Positions 49,738 through 59,605 of a stretch of DNA of 64,000 bases are shown here, in pieces. The notes under the pieces are model-generated. The model did no database searches. It saw nothing but the letters and a program-made list of their open reading frames with translations, and had not been told where the DNA came from. The position numbers and the translations under genes are program-made. This stretch comes from Isosphaeraceae bacterium (lineage in GTDB: Bacteria; Planctomycetota; Planctomycetia; Isosphaerales; Isosphaeraceae), in the NCBI GenBank assembly GCA_965201075.1, contig CBDAVP010000011.1:62001-126000 (forward strand). The letters are read 5' to 3'. Position 1 is the stretch's first letter. Each line of letters starts with the position of its first letter.

Positions 49738-50018
49738 CGAGAAGCTCCCGCCACGAACGCCCGGACGATCTCCACACCCGGCCGGGGAATCACATGGGCG
49801 GCCTTCAGTTCGCCGGCGCGGCTGGCGGCCTCGGCGCCGGCCTCGACCGCCGCGCGGACGCTACTGACGTCCCCCTGAACCATGATGCTGACGATGCCGC
49901 CATCGAGCTTGATAATTCCGGTGGCCAGTTCTACGTTGGCCGCTTTGAGCATCGCGTCGGCGGCGTTGATGAGGCTGACCAGACCCATGGTCTCGATCAG
50001 GCCGAGGGCGCCATTCAT
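49734..50018 (-). CDS. BMC-H shell hexamer
   Basis: ALGLIET.G...[26 protein letters not shown]. Confidence 0.95.
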   Translation of the reverse strand: MNGALGLIETMGLVSLINAADAMLKAANVELATGIIKLDGGIVSIMVQGDVSSVRAAVEAGAEAASRAGELKAAHVIPRPGVEIVRAFVAGASR

Positions 50019-50144
50019 CGGGAAATCCTTGAAAGGGGCAGGGGGTCCGTGGAGGTATGTTCGTCGATCGGCCCGAGTCGACATTCCGCCGGGACGGCGT
50101 TGGCGCTCACGCATGCCAACGCCGCCCGATTCCATCGAGTCCAC

Positions 50145-50468
50145 TCAGCCCAGGAAAGTGCGTAGGACCGCCGGGTCGGGTCGGGGAATGACGTGGGCGC
50201 TGACCAGTTCACCAACGCGGCCGGCGGCCTCGGCGCCCGCTTCCACCGCGGCGCGGACCGAACCGACATCGCCGCGGATAATCGTCGTGATGAACGCCGC
50301 GCCGATCGACACTCGCCCGCCCAGGGTGACATTGGCCGCCTTGAGCATGGCGTCGGTCGCCTCGATCATGCCGACCAGACCCTTGGTCTCGATCATGCCG
50401 ACCGCCTCACTACTGGAACCGCCCGTGACGGCTCCGGTCCGCTGACCCCTCGCGCTGGCGATCGACAT
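50145..50468 (-). CDS. BMC-H shell hexamer
   Basis: AVGMIETKG...[25 protein letters not shown]. Confidence 0.95.
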   Translation of the reverse strand: MSIASARGQRTGAVTGGSSSEAVGMIETKGLVGMIEATDAMLKAANVTLGGRVSIGAAFITTIIRGDVGSVRAAVEAGAEAAGRVGELVSAHVIPRPDPAVLRTFLG

Positions 50469-50471
50469 GGC

Positions 50472-50804
50472 TCAGGCCCCCCCATTCTTGGCCGCGGCGG
50501 AGGCCGCCGGCGCCGCCGCCTTGACGAACGTCAGCACGCCCGAGAGGTCCTCGTGCGGACGGGGAATCACCTGGACGCTGACGACCTCGCCGATCCGACT
50601 GGCCGCCGCGGCACCCGCGTCGACCGCGGCCTTGACCGCCGCGACGTCGCCCGAGACAAACGCCGTGACCAGGCCGCTGCCGACCTTTTCCCAGCCGACC
50701 AGGTCCACATTGGCGGCCTTGAGCATCGCGTCGCTGGCTTCAACCAGCGCCACGAATCCCTTGCACTCGATCATTCCCAACGCTTCGACGCCGACACTGG
50801 CCAT
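50472..50804 (-). CDS. BMC-H shell hexamer
   Basis: [10 protein letters not shown]...[24 protein letters not shown]. Confidence 0.95.
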   Translation of the reverse strand: MASVGVEALGMIECKGFVALVEASDAMLKAANVDLVGWEKVGSGLVTAFVSGDVAAVKAAVDAGAAAASRIGEVVSVQVIPRPHEDLSGVLTFVKAAAPAASAAAKNGGA

Positions 50805-50971
50805 CGGGGGCCTCCTCGGGGAAAATGGATACCGTTGTCTGGAAGGCGATTGGTCGGGGACGGGTGGACCAAACGAGGTGTTTCGCTTCGGGTCCGGGAC
50901 GACAGGCAGGGGTCGGGCCTGGGCTTGGTCGGTTCAAAAGATCCCGACCCGCCGCGTCCCGCCTTCGCCTC

Positions 50972-51661
50972 TCACGCTTTGACCAGGGTCACGTGGCTGG
51001 CATGCGGCAAGTCGCAGGCGTTGGCCTCGTCGGTGTCGATATGGACTTCGAGCTTCCAATCCTTGTGAGTTCGCACCAGCAGGCCATCGAGCGAGCCGGG
51101 ACACGTCCCCTCGATCCGCAGGTTCATCCGGTCCAGATGCTTGACACCGTAATGCTCGGCGTCCTTCGGACCCATGTGGACGTGACGCTCGGCCCGGATG
51201 ACACCCTTGGTTAACTCCAAGGTCCCTTTCGGGCCAATCAGCAAGCAACCGGGGGTCCCCTCGATGTCGCCGGAGAGCCTCACCGGCAGGTCGATACCAA
51301 GACTAATGCCGTCGGTGAACGACAATTCCACCTGGGTGAAGGGCCGTTCGGGGCCGAGGATGCGAACTCCAGGGATCATCCGTTGGCGAGAACCGACCAC
51401 GGCGATCGTCTCGTTCGAGGCGAAGTCGGTGGCCTGGTAAAGTCGCCGCATCTCGGTCAGGCGGTAGCCCTTGCCAAAGAGCACCTCGACATGTTCGACG
51501 GTCAGGTGGGCATGCCTTGCCGAGATGTTGACCAGCAGGTTGGGCTTATAGCCCGAGGACTGGCCGTTGCCGTTCGCGAGGGATCCGTTGAAGGCCCCTT
51601 GCTCTCGGAGGATGGCGCGAACCATCGTCTCAATTTGGTCGCGGTTGGCGGTCGTGGTCAT
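50972..51661 (-). CDS. pduL: Phosphate propanoyltransferase (PduL)
   Basis: SARHAHL, RILGP, RLSGD..GTPG, AERHVHM, HIDTDEANA. Confidence 0.95.
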   Translation of the reverse strand: MTTTANRDQIETMVRAILREQGAFNGSLANGNGQSSGYKPNLLVNISARHAHLTVEHVEVLFGKGYRLTEMRRLYQATDFASNETIAVVGSRQRMIPGVRILGPERPFTQVELSFTDGISLGIDLPVRLSGDIEGTPGCLLIGPKGTLELTKGVIRAERHVHMGPKDAEHYGVKHLDRMNLRIEGTCPGSLDGLLVRTHKDWKLEVHIDTDEANACDLPHASHVTLVKA

Positions 51662-52476
51662 GCCGTTTCGATCCTGGGTCCGGGCAACCGGGAGTGCCCG
51701 TTGCGGAATTCGAGGTCGAGGGGGGCCCGATGCACCTTCACCCCCGCCGCCACCAGGGCGGCAAGGGAACCTTCGGGGATCGCGGGGTCGCAGACGAGGG
51801 ACTGGATCTCTCCCAGTCCGCAGAGCCGGGAGAGCGAAAGTCGACCGAATTTCGACGAATCGGCGACGATCAAAACCTCCTGACCGCACTGCATCATCTG
51901 TTGCTGAGTCTCGACCAATACGGAATTTGAGTTGTAGATCCCATCGTCCACGATGCCGTTGGCCCCGAGGATGGTCAGTCGGACGCGAATCCCCTGCATC
52001 GTGGCGATCGCGATCGGCCCCATCGCCACCCCGGTCCTCGGATAAACGTAGCCGCCGATCAGGATCAGGTCGGTTTCCTTGCAAGCGGCCAGCAACTGGG
52101 CGATCGGCAGACTGTTGGTGACGACCTGAATGGCTCGACCGGCCAGGGCTCGGGCAACCTCCAGGGTGGTCGTGCCACCGTCGAGGAGGATCGTGTCGCC
52201 ATCCTCGATCAGGGCCGCGGTGGATCGACCAATCGCCCGCTTCTCGACGGCCTGCGAGGCAAAACGCTCTTCCAGTGTGGGCATCGACCGAACTTCGTCG
52301 GAGCAGATCGCGCCGCCGTGGGTTCGCTTGATCGTCCCAGCGAGGTCCAACGCTTCAAGGTCCCGGCGGATCGTGCTCTCCGAGACACCCAGCGCCCGAA
52401 CCAACTCGTCGAGGGTGGCAAATCCCCGCCGGACAATCAGGTCGAGCAATTGCTGACGTCGGGTCTCGGCGAGCAT
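51658..52476 (-). CDS. DeoR/GlpR family transcriptional regulator, first gene of the BMC operon
   Basis: VSESTIRRDL..L...G.I.RTHGGA, LLDGGTTT, VVTNSL, ADSSKFG. Confidence 0.95.
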   Translation of the reverse strand: MLAETRRQQLLDLIVRRGFATLDELVRALGVSESTIRRDLEALDLAGTIKRTHGGAICSDEVRSMPTLEERFASQAVEKRAIGRSTAALIEDGDTILLDGGTTTLEVARALAGRAIQVVTNSLPIAQLLAACKETDLILIGGYVYPRTGVAMGPIAIATMQGIRVRLTILGANGIVDDGIYNSNSVLVETQQQMMQCGQEVLIVADSSKFGRLSLSRLCGLGEIQSLVCDPAIPEGSLAALVAAGVKVHRAPLDLEFRNGHSRLPGPRIETA

Positions 52477-52500
52477 GGTGCCCCGGTCGTGATGATTGGG

Positions 52501-52602
52501 TGTCAAGTCTAGTGTTCAAGGGCCGTCAGAAGATGTCAAGCGCCTTCACGAAAATTTGACCGAATTTGCACGATGATGACGGAGGATGACGACTGGTTTG
52601 AC
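52501..52602. promoter_or_regulatory. Putative DeoR operator: 10-bp-phased inverted array
   Basis: TCA at 52516/26/36/46 mirrored by TGA(C)/TGC at 52557/67/77/87. Confidence 0.65.
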
Positions 52603-52640
52603 CAACTCATATCCGCGATACTGGGGGCAGGAGGACTTCC

Positions 52641-53486
52641 ATGCCGGAATTGCCGGAGGTTGAGACAATGGTCCGGGGTCTGCGGCCCGCGCTGGACGGG
52701 GCAAAAATCCGTGATGTCACGGTTTTTGACCCGAAGCTGATCCACGGCATCTCGCCCGAAGACTTCGAACGCCGATGCGCGGGGGCGGGAGTCGTCGGCG
52801 TGGGGCGTCGGGGCAAGTGGGTGGTCATCGAGCTGGCCGGAATGCTGGGGATCATCGTCATCCAGCCCCGCATGACCGGAGGCTTTTGGCTCCTCCCTCC
52901 CGACAAACCGGCCCACGTGCGCCTGTCATTCCGGCTGGACGGACCTTGCCCCGAGATCTGGTATTGCGACGCCCGCCGGTTGGGTCGGGCTGCGTGGTTT
53001 TCCGGCCCCGAGGAGGCGAATCGGGCCTTCGCCCGCTCCCACGGCCCGGATGCTCTGGAGATCGTCCGCCCTGATCTCGCCTCCCGACTGGAGAAGACCC
53101 AGCGGGGGATCAAGGCGACCCTGATGGATCAAAAAGTTCTGGCCGGCATCGGTAACATCTACGCCGACGAGATTCTTCACCGGGCGAAGCTCCACCCAAG
53201 CCGGCCCGCCGCCGGCCTCAACTCTCGGGAGGTGGGACGCCTCCACGCGGCGATCCAGCCGATTCTGCGGGAAGCGATCGCCGCCGAGGGGTCCAGTTTC
53301 GACGCGGGCTATCGCACGGTCCTGGGCCTCGAAGGCGGTTTCCTGTCGCAAAATGCCGTCCACCGCCGCAAGGGGCAGCCTTGCCCGTTTTGCCAAACGC
53401 CGATCATCAAGACAAGAATCGCCGGACTCATCGGTCGACCAACCTATCTCTGCTCCGTCTGCCAGCCCGAGCCGTCCACGCCTTGA
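52641..53486 (+). CDS. mutM: Formamidopyrimidine-DNA glycosylase
   Basis: MPELPEVET, RRGK, LAGIGNIYADE, C-terminal CPFC...CSVCQ zinc finger. Confidence 0.96.
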   Translation: MPELPEVETMVRGLRPALDGAKIRDVTVFDPKLIHGISPEDFERRCAGAGVVGVGRRGKWVVIELAGMLGIIVIQPRMTGGFWLLPPDKPAHVRLSFRLDGPCPEIWYCDARRLGRAAWFSGPEEANRAFARSHGPDALEIVRPDLASRLEKTQRGIKATLMDQKVLAGIGNIYADEILHRAKLHPSRPAAGLNSREVGRLHAAIQPILREAIAAEGSSFDAGYRTVLGLEGGFLSQNAVHRRKGQPCPFCQTPIIKTRIAGLIGRPTYLCSVCQPEPSTP

Positions 53487-53653
53487 GATCCACCAGGTTC
53501 CCGCGCGGAAAGTTGCGCCCAGCCCGAGTCTTGCGACGAGGCAACGGTCCGCCTGGCCGGATTTCGACGGATCGGCTATGGTGGAGGTTCCGCCTCGGAC
53601 GGCCCCTCGCGACGCCTCGGCGGTCGGGTCCGCGTGTCCAGGGGAGCGGGACG

Positions 53654-55504
53654 TTGTCGTATCGCACGTTCAAAAATCTGCTGGGCGAGACTAGCCTCGA
53701 GCGCAAGTGCCGCTTCATCTTCGGAGGCGGCATCCTCGTCCTGGTCACCACCAGTTTCTTCCTCTACGGTCAGAAGACCGAGAAACTGGTCATCGACCAG
53801 AAGAAGGAAGCCGCGCACGTGCTGGTCTCCAGCGTCGCGCTGCCGAACATTCACATCAAGGATATCCTGGGCCGCGACCTGGTCACCTATATCGACGAGT
53901 TCTCCGGGGCCCCGGCGCCCCTGACCAAGAAGCCAAGCTTCGAGTCGAAAGTCCTCAACCCCAACAAGCCCGAGGCGGACGACGGGGCGGCGCTAGACCC
54001 CTCGGAGCGCGAGGCCCAGGCGTTCGAGCGGACGGCCCTGGCCCAATTCCTGGGCGTCGCGGACCGGGTCAGCAAGTCGGCCAGCCCGTCCGCCGAGCCC
54101 CCCTTGCTGTTCCGTGCACGCCCGATGCCCGGTCGCAACCAGTATCAGTACGTCGAGGCTTTGTTCTTCAAGCCATCGTGCCTGTCGGTCTCGTGCCACG
54201 GCCAGATGCGCGAGGGGCGCCACGGCAAGTTCGTCGAGGACAAGGCCGGCGACCTCGCCGCCGCCATCGCCGTCCGCCTGCCGATGGAGGAGACCAACAA
54301 GGCCATTCAGAAAAACCGGGCGATGCTGATCGCCGCGGCCCTGGTGACGGCTCTGGTGGCAATGTGGGCGTCGTATATGATCGTCCGCTACGTCATCGCC
54401 AAGCCAGTGAAGCACCTGCGCGACGTCTCCGACGCCATCGCCGCCGGCCGTCTGACCGTCCGCAGCCAGATTCAAACGGGCGACGAGTTCGAGGAACTGT
54501 CCCACGCCTTCAACCGCATGCTTCACAACCTCGTCGCCATGCAGCAAGAACTGCGAGAGGTCAACGGCGACCTCGACCGCAAGGTCGACGAACTGGCCCA
54601 GGCCAACCTCGCCCTCTTCGAGATGAACCGTCTCAAGAGCGACTTCCTGGCGACGATGAGCCACGAACTACGCACGCCGCTCAACTCGATTATCGGATTC
54701 TCCGAGGTCCTAAGCGGGGCGGAGACCCTCAACGACCGCCAGAGACGTTATGCCACCAATATCCAGACCTCGGGACGGATGCTATTGGGGATGATTAACG
54801 ACATTCTCGACCTGGCCAAGATCGAGAGTGGCAAGATGGAGGTCCGGGCCGAGGACTTCTCGATCCGAGACGTCTGCGAATCCCTGGCCAACGTCTCCCG
54901 ACCGGTCGCCGAGCGCAAGAATATCGACCTGGTTTGCGAGCCCGACGAGGCATTGCCCCTGCTCCGCCAGGACGCGGGCAAGATTCGCCAGATCCTCTAC
55001 AACTTGCTGTCCAACGCCATCAAGTTCACGCCCGAGGGAGGAAAGGTGATCCTCCGGGCCCGCGGCGAAGGGCGTTGGGTCGTCCTGGAAGTGGCCGATA
55101 CCGGGATCGGGATCGCCGAGGAGGACCGGGAGACGATCTTCGAGAAGTTCCGCCAGGCGGGGCACCTCGGCCAGTCCGACGCCGTTCTGACCCGGGAACA
55201 CCAGGGAACCGGGCTGGGCCTGTCGATCGTTCGCGAGTTGGCCAAGCTCCTCGGCGGCGATGTCCGCCTCGAAAGCCGAGCCGGCCACGGCAGCACCTTC
55301 ACCGTGCGGCTCCCCCAGCAGTTGCCAGGCAATCGCCGCTTCGAGGTCAACCTGTCCGACGAGCGGATCGACCTCACCAAAGCCCGTCGCGTCGAAACCC
55401 GGTCCCCCGCGATTTACGGCCGAGGCTCCCGAGCCGACCACCCGTCCGCGTCCCGGCCCGCCGGAGACCCCGGAACGTCCAACCTGGCGACTCCTCGTTC
55501 CTGA
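53654..55504 (+). CDS. Membrane sensor histidine kinase (periplasmic domain, HAMP, HisKA, HATPase)
   Basis: Two TM helices, FLATMSHELRTPL, NAIKFT, DTGIG, GTGLGL; TTG start inferred. Confidence 0.93.
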   Translation: MSYRTFKNLLGETSLERKCRFIFGGGILVLVTTSFFLYGQKTEKLVIDQKKEAAHVLVSSVALPNIHIKDILGRDLVTYIDEFSGAPAPLTKKPSFESKVLNPNKPEADDGAALDPSEREAQAFERTALAQFLGVADRVSKSASPSAEPPLLFRARPMPGRNQYQYVEALFFKPSCLSVSCHGQMREGRHGKFVEDKAGDLAAAIAVRLPMEETNKAIQKNRAMLIAAALVTALVAMWASYMIVRYVIAKPVKHLRDVSDAIAAGRLTVRSQIQTGDEFEELSHAFNRMLHNLVAMQQELREVNGDLDRKVDELAQANLALFEMNRLKSDFLATMSHELRTPLNSIIGFSEVLSGAETLNDRQRRYATNIQTSGRMLLGMINDILDLAKIESGKMEVRAEDFSIRDVCESLANVSRPVAERKNIDLVCEPDEALPLLRQDAGKIRQILYNLLSNAIKFTPEGGKVILRARGEGRWVVLEVADTGIGIAEEDRETIFEKFRQAGHLGQSDAVLTREHQGTGLGLSIVRELAKLLGGDVRLESRAGHGSTFTVRLPQQLPGNRRFEVNLSDERIDLTKARRVETRSPAIYGRGSRADHPSASRPAGDPGTSNLATPRS

Positions 55505-55665
55505 ACCCTGGACGGCTCCGGACGAATCTCCCAGCGGTCCAATTCTGGACCGAGGGTGCTTTTGCGCTCGAAACCGGCCTATCCTCCGGCCGCCAATCGT
55601 GATTCAATCCCCGTCCCCTCTCTCACGATCCGCCTCGAATCCCCTCGCCATTTCGGAGTCGTGGC

Positions 55666-56787
55666 ATGGATGCTCGGCCCAAGTCCCCGATTCGTCAAGC
55701 GTTCCGACCCGGTTGCGAATCCCTGGAGAGGCTGGCCCTACTCTCGACCCTGACGCCGACGGTTCGGGCGGGAGGGTCGACTCAAGTGGCGTTGTCGACC
55801 TCGCCGGAGCTTTCGGTCCCGACTTCGGTGGGCAACGGCGACGCCCACCCGAGCGGCGTGGCCGTGGTTCCCAAGGGATTCCCAGTCACCGGGGTCGCGA
55901 GGCCGGGGGCCTTTTTGGTCTCGAATACCGAGAACAACGGAGTTCCTCGCACGGGGACCACGGTGGTGCAGATCTCCACCAATCCCAGCCCTACCAGCCA
56001 GGTATTCTTCCAGGGCCAGGGGGCGGTCGGCGTCGGCGTGACGGGAGCGGTGGGGGTACTTCCGAAGGGGTTGGCCGTGGTTGGCAACTTCCCCAAAACC
56101 GCGACCTCACCCAACCAGCTTGGTCAGGCGATGCTGTCAGTCGTGGACCCCAATGGTAACGGTGTAAGCCAGATCCAGGCCCCCGGAGGACCGCTGGCGT
56201 TGACATTCCACGAGCAGGGCAAGTTGGCCCAGATGTTCGTTTCCAACGCCCTGACCGGAACGATCACCCGAATCGACATGAAAGTTTACGCCAACAAGTT
56301 GATGATCATCAACAAATTCCAGATCGCCTCAAGTTACGCTCACCTGGATGCTTCGGCCGCGTCCTCCTCGACGGAAGGCCCGACGGGTCTCGCGTATGAC
56401 GCGGCCCGGGACGTTCTCTACGTGGCTTCGCCCGGCGATAACATGGTGTACCGAGTGGGAGAAGCCAGCAAGACGCGGACCGATCGTGGGAGGGGTCAGT
56501 CGCTGACAACCGATACGTCGCGTCTGCATGGGCCCGCCGGGATCGCCTTGGCCCCCAATGGCACGTTGCTGGTGACCAACAACGACACCGCCAATGTCGA
56601 CCCGGCGCAGCCCAGCGAGCTGGTCCAGTTCTCCACGGCCGGCCAGTACCTGGGAGAGCAGTCGATCAGTGGCGAACTCGGGGCCGCGGGCGGGGTCGCC
56701 ATTCGAGCGAACTCCCGCCATGAATTGACCGTGGCCGTGGCCAACGACGCGACGAATTCCCTCGACCTCTACCGAGGGACCGACTGA
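55666..56787 (+). CDS. Secreted beta-propeller-like protein with planctomycete LExLxL motif
   Basis: ESLERLALLS; repeated P.G.A motifs (GPTGLAYD, GPAGIALA). Confidence 0.75.
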   Translation: MDARPKSPIRQAFRPGCESLERLALLSTLTPTVRAGGSTQVALSTSPELSVPTSVGNGDAHPSGVAVVPKGFPVTGVARPGAFLVSNTENNGVPRTGTTVVQISTNPSPTSQVFFQGQGAVGVGVTGAVGVLPKGLAVVGNFPKTATSPNQLGQAMLSVVDPNGNGVSQIQAPGGPLALTFHEQGKLAQMFVSNALTGTITRIDMKVYANKLMIINKFQIASSYAHLDASAASSSTEGPTGLAYDAARDVLYVASPGDNMVYRVGEASKTRTDRGRGQSLTTDTSRLHGPAGIALAPNGTLLVTNNDTANVDPAQPSELVQFSTAGQYLGEQSISGELGAAGGVAIRANSRHELTVAVANDATNSLDLYRGTD

Positions 56788-56797
56788 CCGATCCTTT

Positions 56798-58324
56798 CTA
56801 CGCGGTGGCGGGCCGCGACCCGGGCGGGGTGAAGGGGTCGCGGTCGCCGTCGCCGAGACCACCCTTGAGAGGGACCTTGCGAGCCGGCCGGGGAGCGGCT
56901 GGAGTCTCGTCCTCGGGCTCATCGGGCGCCGTCGCGGTCACGGGCAGGGGTCGCAGGGACAGGGAAATCCGCTGGGCCTCCGGCTCGACCTTGAGGATGC
57001 GGACCTCCACTTCCTGACCCGCCTTGACATGATCGCGGACGCGCACGACCCGATTGCCAGCCAGTTCCGAGATGTGGACCAGTCCCTCGATCCCGGGCTC
57101 CAACTCGACGAAGGCGCCAAAGTCCATCAGACGGGTCACTTTGCCGTTAACGGTCTGCCCACGGCCATACTTGTCCTCGATGGCGTCCCAGGGGCTCGCC
57201 ATCAACTGCTTGAGGCCGAAGCTGACCTTGTTGGTCTGCCGGTCTATCTTGAGAACCTTGACCTGGACCTCCTGGCCAACCCGGACGAGGCTGCCAGCGT
57301 CGGAGGTTCGCGCCCAGCTCATATCGCCGATGTGGATCAGGCCGTCCACGCCGCCGACGTCGACGAAGGCGCCGAAGTCCTTGATCGTGCGGACCGTGCC
57401 GACGTGAATCTGGCCCTCTTCCAAAGTGGCCCAGGTCTTCTCTCGCTGCTCGGCACGTTCGCGTTCCAGCAACTCGCGGCGCGAGACTACGAGATTTCGC
57501 TCTCGCTGGTTCGCCTCGGTCACGAGCACCCGGAGCTTCTGGTTGAGGTAGACCGCGGCGTCCTCGACCCGGTTGACGTCGATCTGACCGATCGGCAGGA
57601 AGCCGCGAATGCCGCCGACCTCGACATCCAGGCCCCCCTTGTTGGTCTTGGTGACGCGGGCCTCGACGATCAGCCCCTTGCGCAGGTTCTCCCAGTTCGC
57701 CTCGACGGCCGCCCCCTTGAGAGACAGCAGCAAGATCCCCTCGTCGGGGTCGAAGTGGTCGGGGACGACCTCGACGAGGTCTCCAGGCTTGGGGATCGCC
57801 TGGCCAAATTGTTCGATGGGGACGACGCCCTCGCTCTTGGCTCCCAGGTCGAAGAAGACGCTGCGACCCCGGACGGCGATGACCTTGCCTTGCTGGGGAC
57901 CGCGACCCGCCTCCTGCCCGCGGACCTCCGAGGCGACGTGCCCAAGCCGCTCGTCTCGGGAGCGTCGGCCCCCAGTCGTGGACTCGAAGCTCTCGGCGTC
58001 GAACCCGCCCATCGCGGCTTCCAGCTCCGCTTCGAGATCGTCGTCCCACTGGCGCTTCAGAGGGACGTCGGCCACTGGTCGCGAGGGACCGAGCTCGGCC
58101 GCTTTCGCCAGGGCCGCGTCGATCGACTCGTCCAACGCCTCACGCCTCGGGCCCGTGGGAGGGACCACGGCGGACGCGGGTTTGGGTGGGGCCATCAACG
58201 ACCCGTCGGCCGGTGGTGGTGCCACCGACTGGGGCGGGGCCGTCGGGCGCCCAGAGCCGGCCGCTGGAGGACGATCGAGCCGGGCGCGGAGGGGATTGGT
58301 GGGGATCGGTTGCGGTTCGCTCAT
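56798..58324 (-). CDS. S1 RNA-binding domain protein (RpsA-like, four S1 domains, Pro-rich N-terminus)
   Basis: KSEGVVP, GFLP.GQ, DFGAFVD.GGVDGLIH, FGAFVELEPGIEGLVHISE. Confidence 0.9.
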   Translation of the reverse strand: MSEPQPIPTNPLRARLDRPPAAGSGRPTAPPQSVAPPPADGSLMAPPKPASAVVPPTGPRREALDESIDAALAKAAELGPSRPVADVPLKRQWDDDLEAELEAAMGGFDAESFESTTGGRRSRDERLGHVASEVRGQEAGRGPQQGKVIAVRGRSVFFDLGAKSEGVVPIEQFGQAIPKPGDLVEVVPDHFDPDEGILLLSLKGAAVEANWENLRKGLIVEARVTKTNKGGLDVEVGGIRGFLPIGQIDVNRVEDAAVYLNQKLRVLVTEANQRERNLVVSRRELLERERAEQREKTWATLEEGQIHVGTVRTIKDFGAFVDVGGVDGLIHIGDMSWARTSDAGSLVRVGQEVQVKVLKIDRQTNKVSFGLKQLMASPWDAIEDKYGRGQTVNGKVTRLMDFGAFVELEPGIEGLVHISELAGNRVVRVRDHVKAGQEVEVRILKVEPEAQRISLSLRPLPVTATAPDEPEDETPAAPRPARKVPLKGGLGDGDRDPFTPPGSRPATA

Positions 58325-58433
58325 CTTCGGTATCCGCGACCGGCCTCGTCAGGGCCGGGAAGGTGGTTGGGAATCGGGGGACGTTCGGCCGCCCAACCTT
58401 AACGTAGCGAGCCGGCCCTCGGGGGCCAAGGGT

Positions 58434-59093
58434 TCAGGCCCCGTCGCGAAGTTCCATCACCGACCAGAGACTCGGGTCTTCGCCGATGGGGAACTCCCGG
58501 CCGACCCCGAGGAACTGGTCCCCCATCACCGAGTCGATCACCTGGTAGGAGAAGCCCAGTCGCCGATTGGTGTCGGGCTCGAACCCGTTGAGGGCGGCGG
58601 CCTGGAAGAACACCTCCAGCCGCCAGCCGGCCCGCGTCCGCTCGGCCCAGGAACGGATCGTCTTGGGAGCGGCTCCGGGCGGGGAGGCGAGTGCTCGATG
58701 AATCGGTTGCTGGACCACCGCCGGCTCGGCGCCCGAGGCTCGACCCAACTCGGGCAAGACGCAGGCGAATTGGTGGCAGAACCGCGTTCCCCGGTGGACA
58801 TCGCGGGTGTCTCTCGTGTCGATCCAGAGATCCAGAGCATTGCCCACGTCCGGGCCTCGCATTGGCGATCGGCCCAATCGTGTCACTTCAACGGCCACCC
58901 CAAAGCCCTTGTCACTCCAGCCCACGCGGACCTCGGCGAAACTCGGACCCCCGTCCAGTTCCGAGAAGACGGGCAGCCGGCAAATTTCGGGCAGGTCCAG
59001 CGGCCGACCCGACGCCCGGGGCAATCCCTCGATCAGCGGGCAGGCCAGCGACGGGCGGAACCAGAAGGCCGCGGGCAAAAGCGCCGAACTCAC
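58434..59093 (-). CDS. DOMON/CBM9-like conserved hypothetical protein
   Basis: WIDTRDT, LGFSY.V.D, DPSLW. Confidence 0.7.
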   Translation of the reverse strand: MSSALLPAAFWFRPSLACPLIEGLPRASGRPLDLPEICRLPVFSELDGGPSFAEVRVGWSDKGFGVAVEVTRLGRSPMRGPDVGNALDLWIDTRDTRDVHRGTRFCHQFACVLPELGRASGAEPAVVQQPIHRALASPPGAAPKTIRSWAERTRAGWRLEVFFQAAALNGFEPDTNRRLGFSYQVIDSVMGDQFLGVGREFPIGEDPSLWSVMELRDGA

Positions 59094-59566
59094 GATCCGG
59101 CCTCGTCGATGAGACGCAGGAGGTTGACCATCTCAATGGCCGCCAACGCGGCATCCACTCCCTTGTTGCCGGCCTTGAGGCCCGAGCGATTGAGCGCCTG
59201 CTCGACGGTCTCGGTCGTCAGGACGCCAAAAATCACTGGAACGCCCGTCGACAGCCCGGCCTGCATCACCCCGGCCGCCGCCTGGCCGGCGACATGGTCG
59301 TAATGGCCAGTCTCGCCCCGAATGACGCAGCCCAGGCAAACCACAGCCGAATAACGCTTCGATTCGGCAAGTTTGCGGGCCATCAGCGGAATTTCGAACG
59401 ATCCCGGCACCCAGATGACGTCAAGCTGGTCCTCGGCGACCCCATGCCTGCGGAACGTCTCCCGGCAGCCGGCCAGTAACGCCTCGGTCACCAGGCCGTT
59501 GAATCGGCCCGCGACGAGAGCGAATCGGCCGGCGGGTGGGGAGAAGTCGCCTTCGAGCGTGGGCAT
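59090..59566 (-). CDS. ribH: 6,7-dimethyl-8-ribityllumazine synthase
   Basis: VPGSFEIP, LGCVIRGET.HYD, FGVLT, GNKG. Confidence 0.97.
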   Translation of the reverse strand: MPTLEGDFSPPAGRFALVAGRFNGLVTEALLAGCRETFRRHGVAEDQLDVIWVPGSFEIPLMARKLAESKRYSAVVCLGCVIRGETGHYDHVAGQAAAGVMQAGLSTGVPVIFGVLTTETVEQALNRSGLKAGNKGVDAALAAIEMVNLLRLIDEAGS

Positions 59567-59605
59567 GGCGTCGCGTCATTCCAAGGGATTCGAAGGGGGA
59601 AGGGC

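Noticed and set aside
41880..52476. The BMC operon itself as a novel system
   Set aside because: Gene content and order match the described Planctomycetes/Verrucomicrobia fucose/rhamnose microcompartment; only its add-ons are reported as findings
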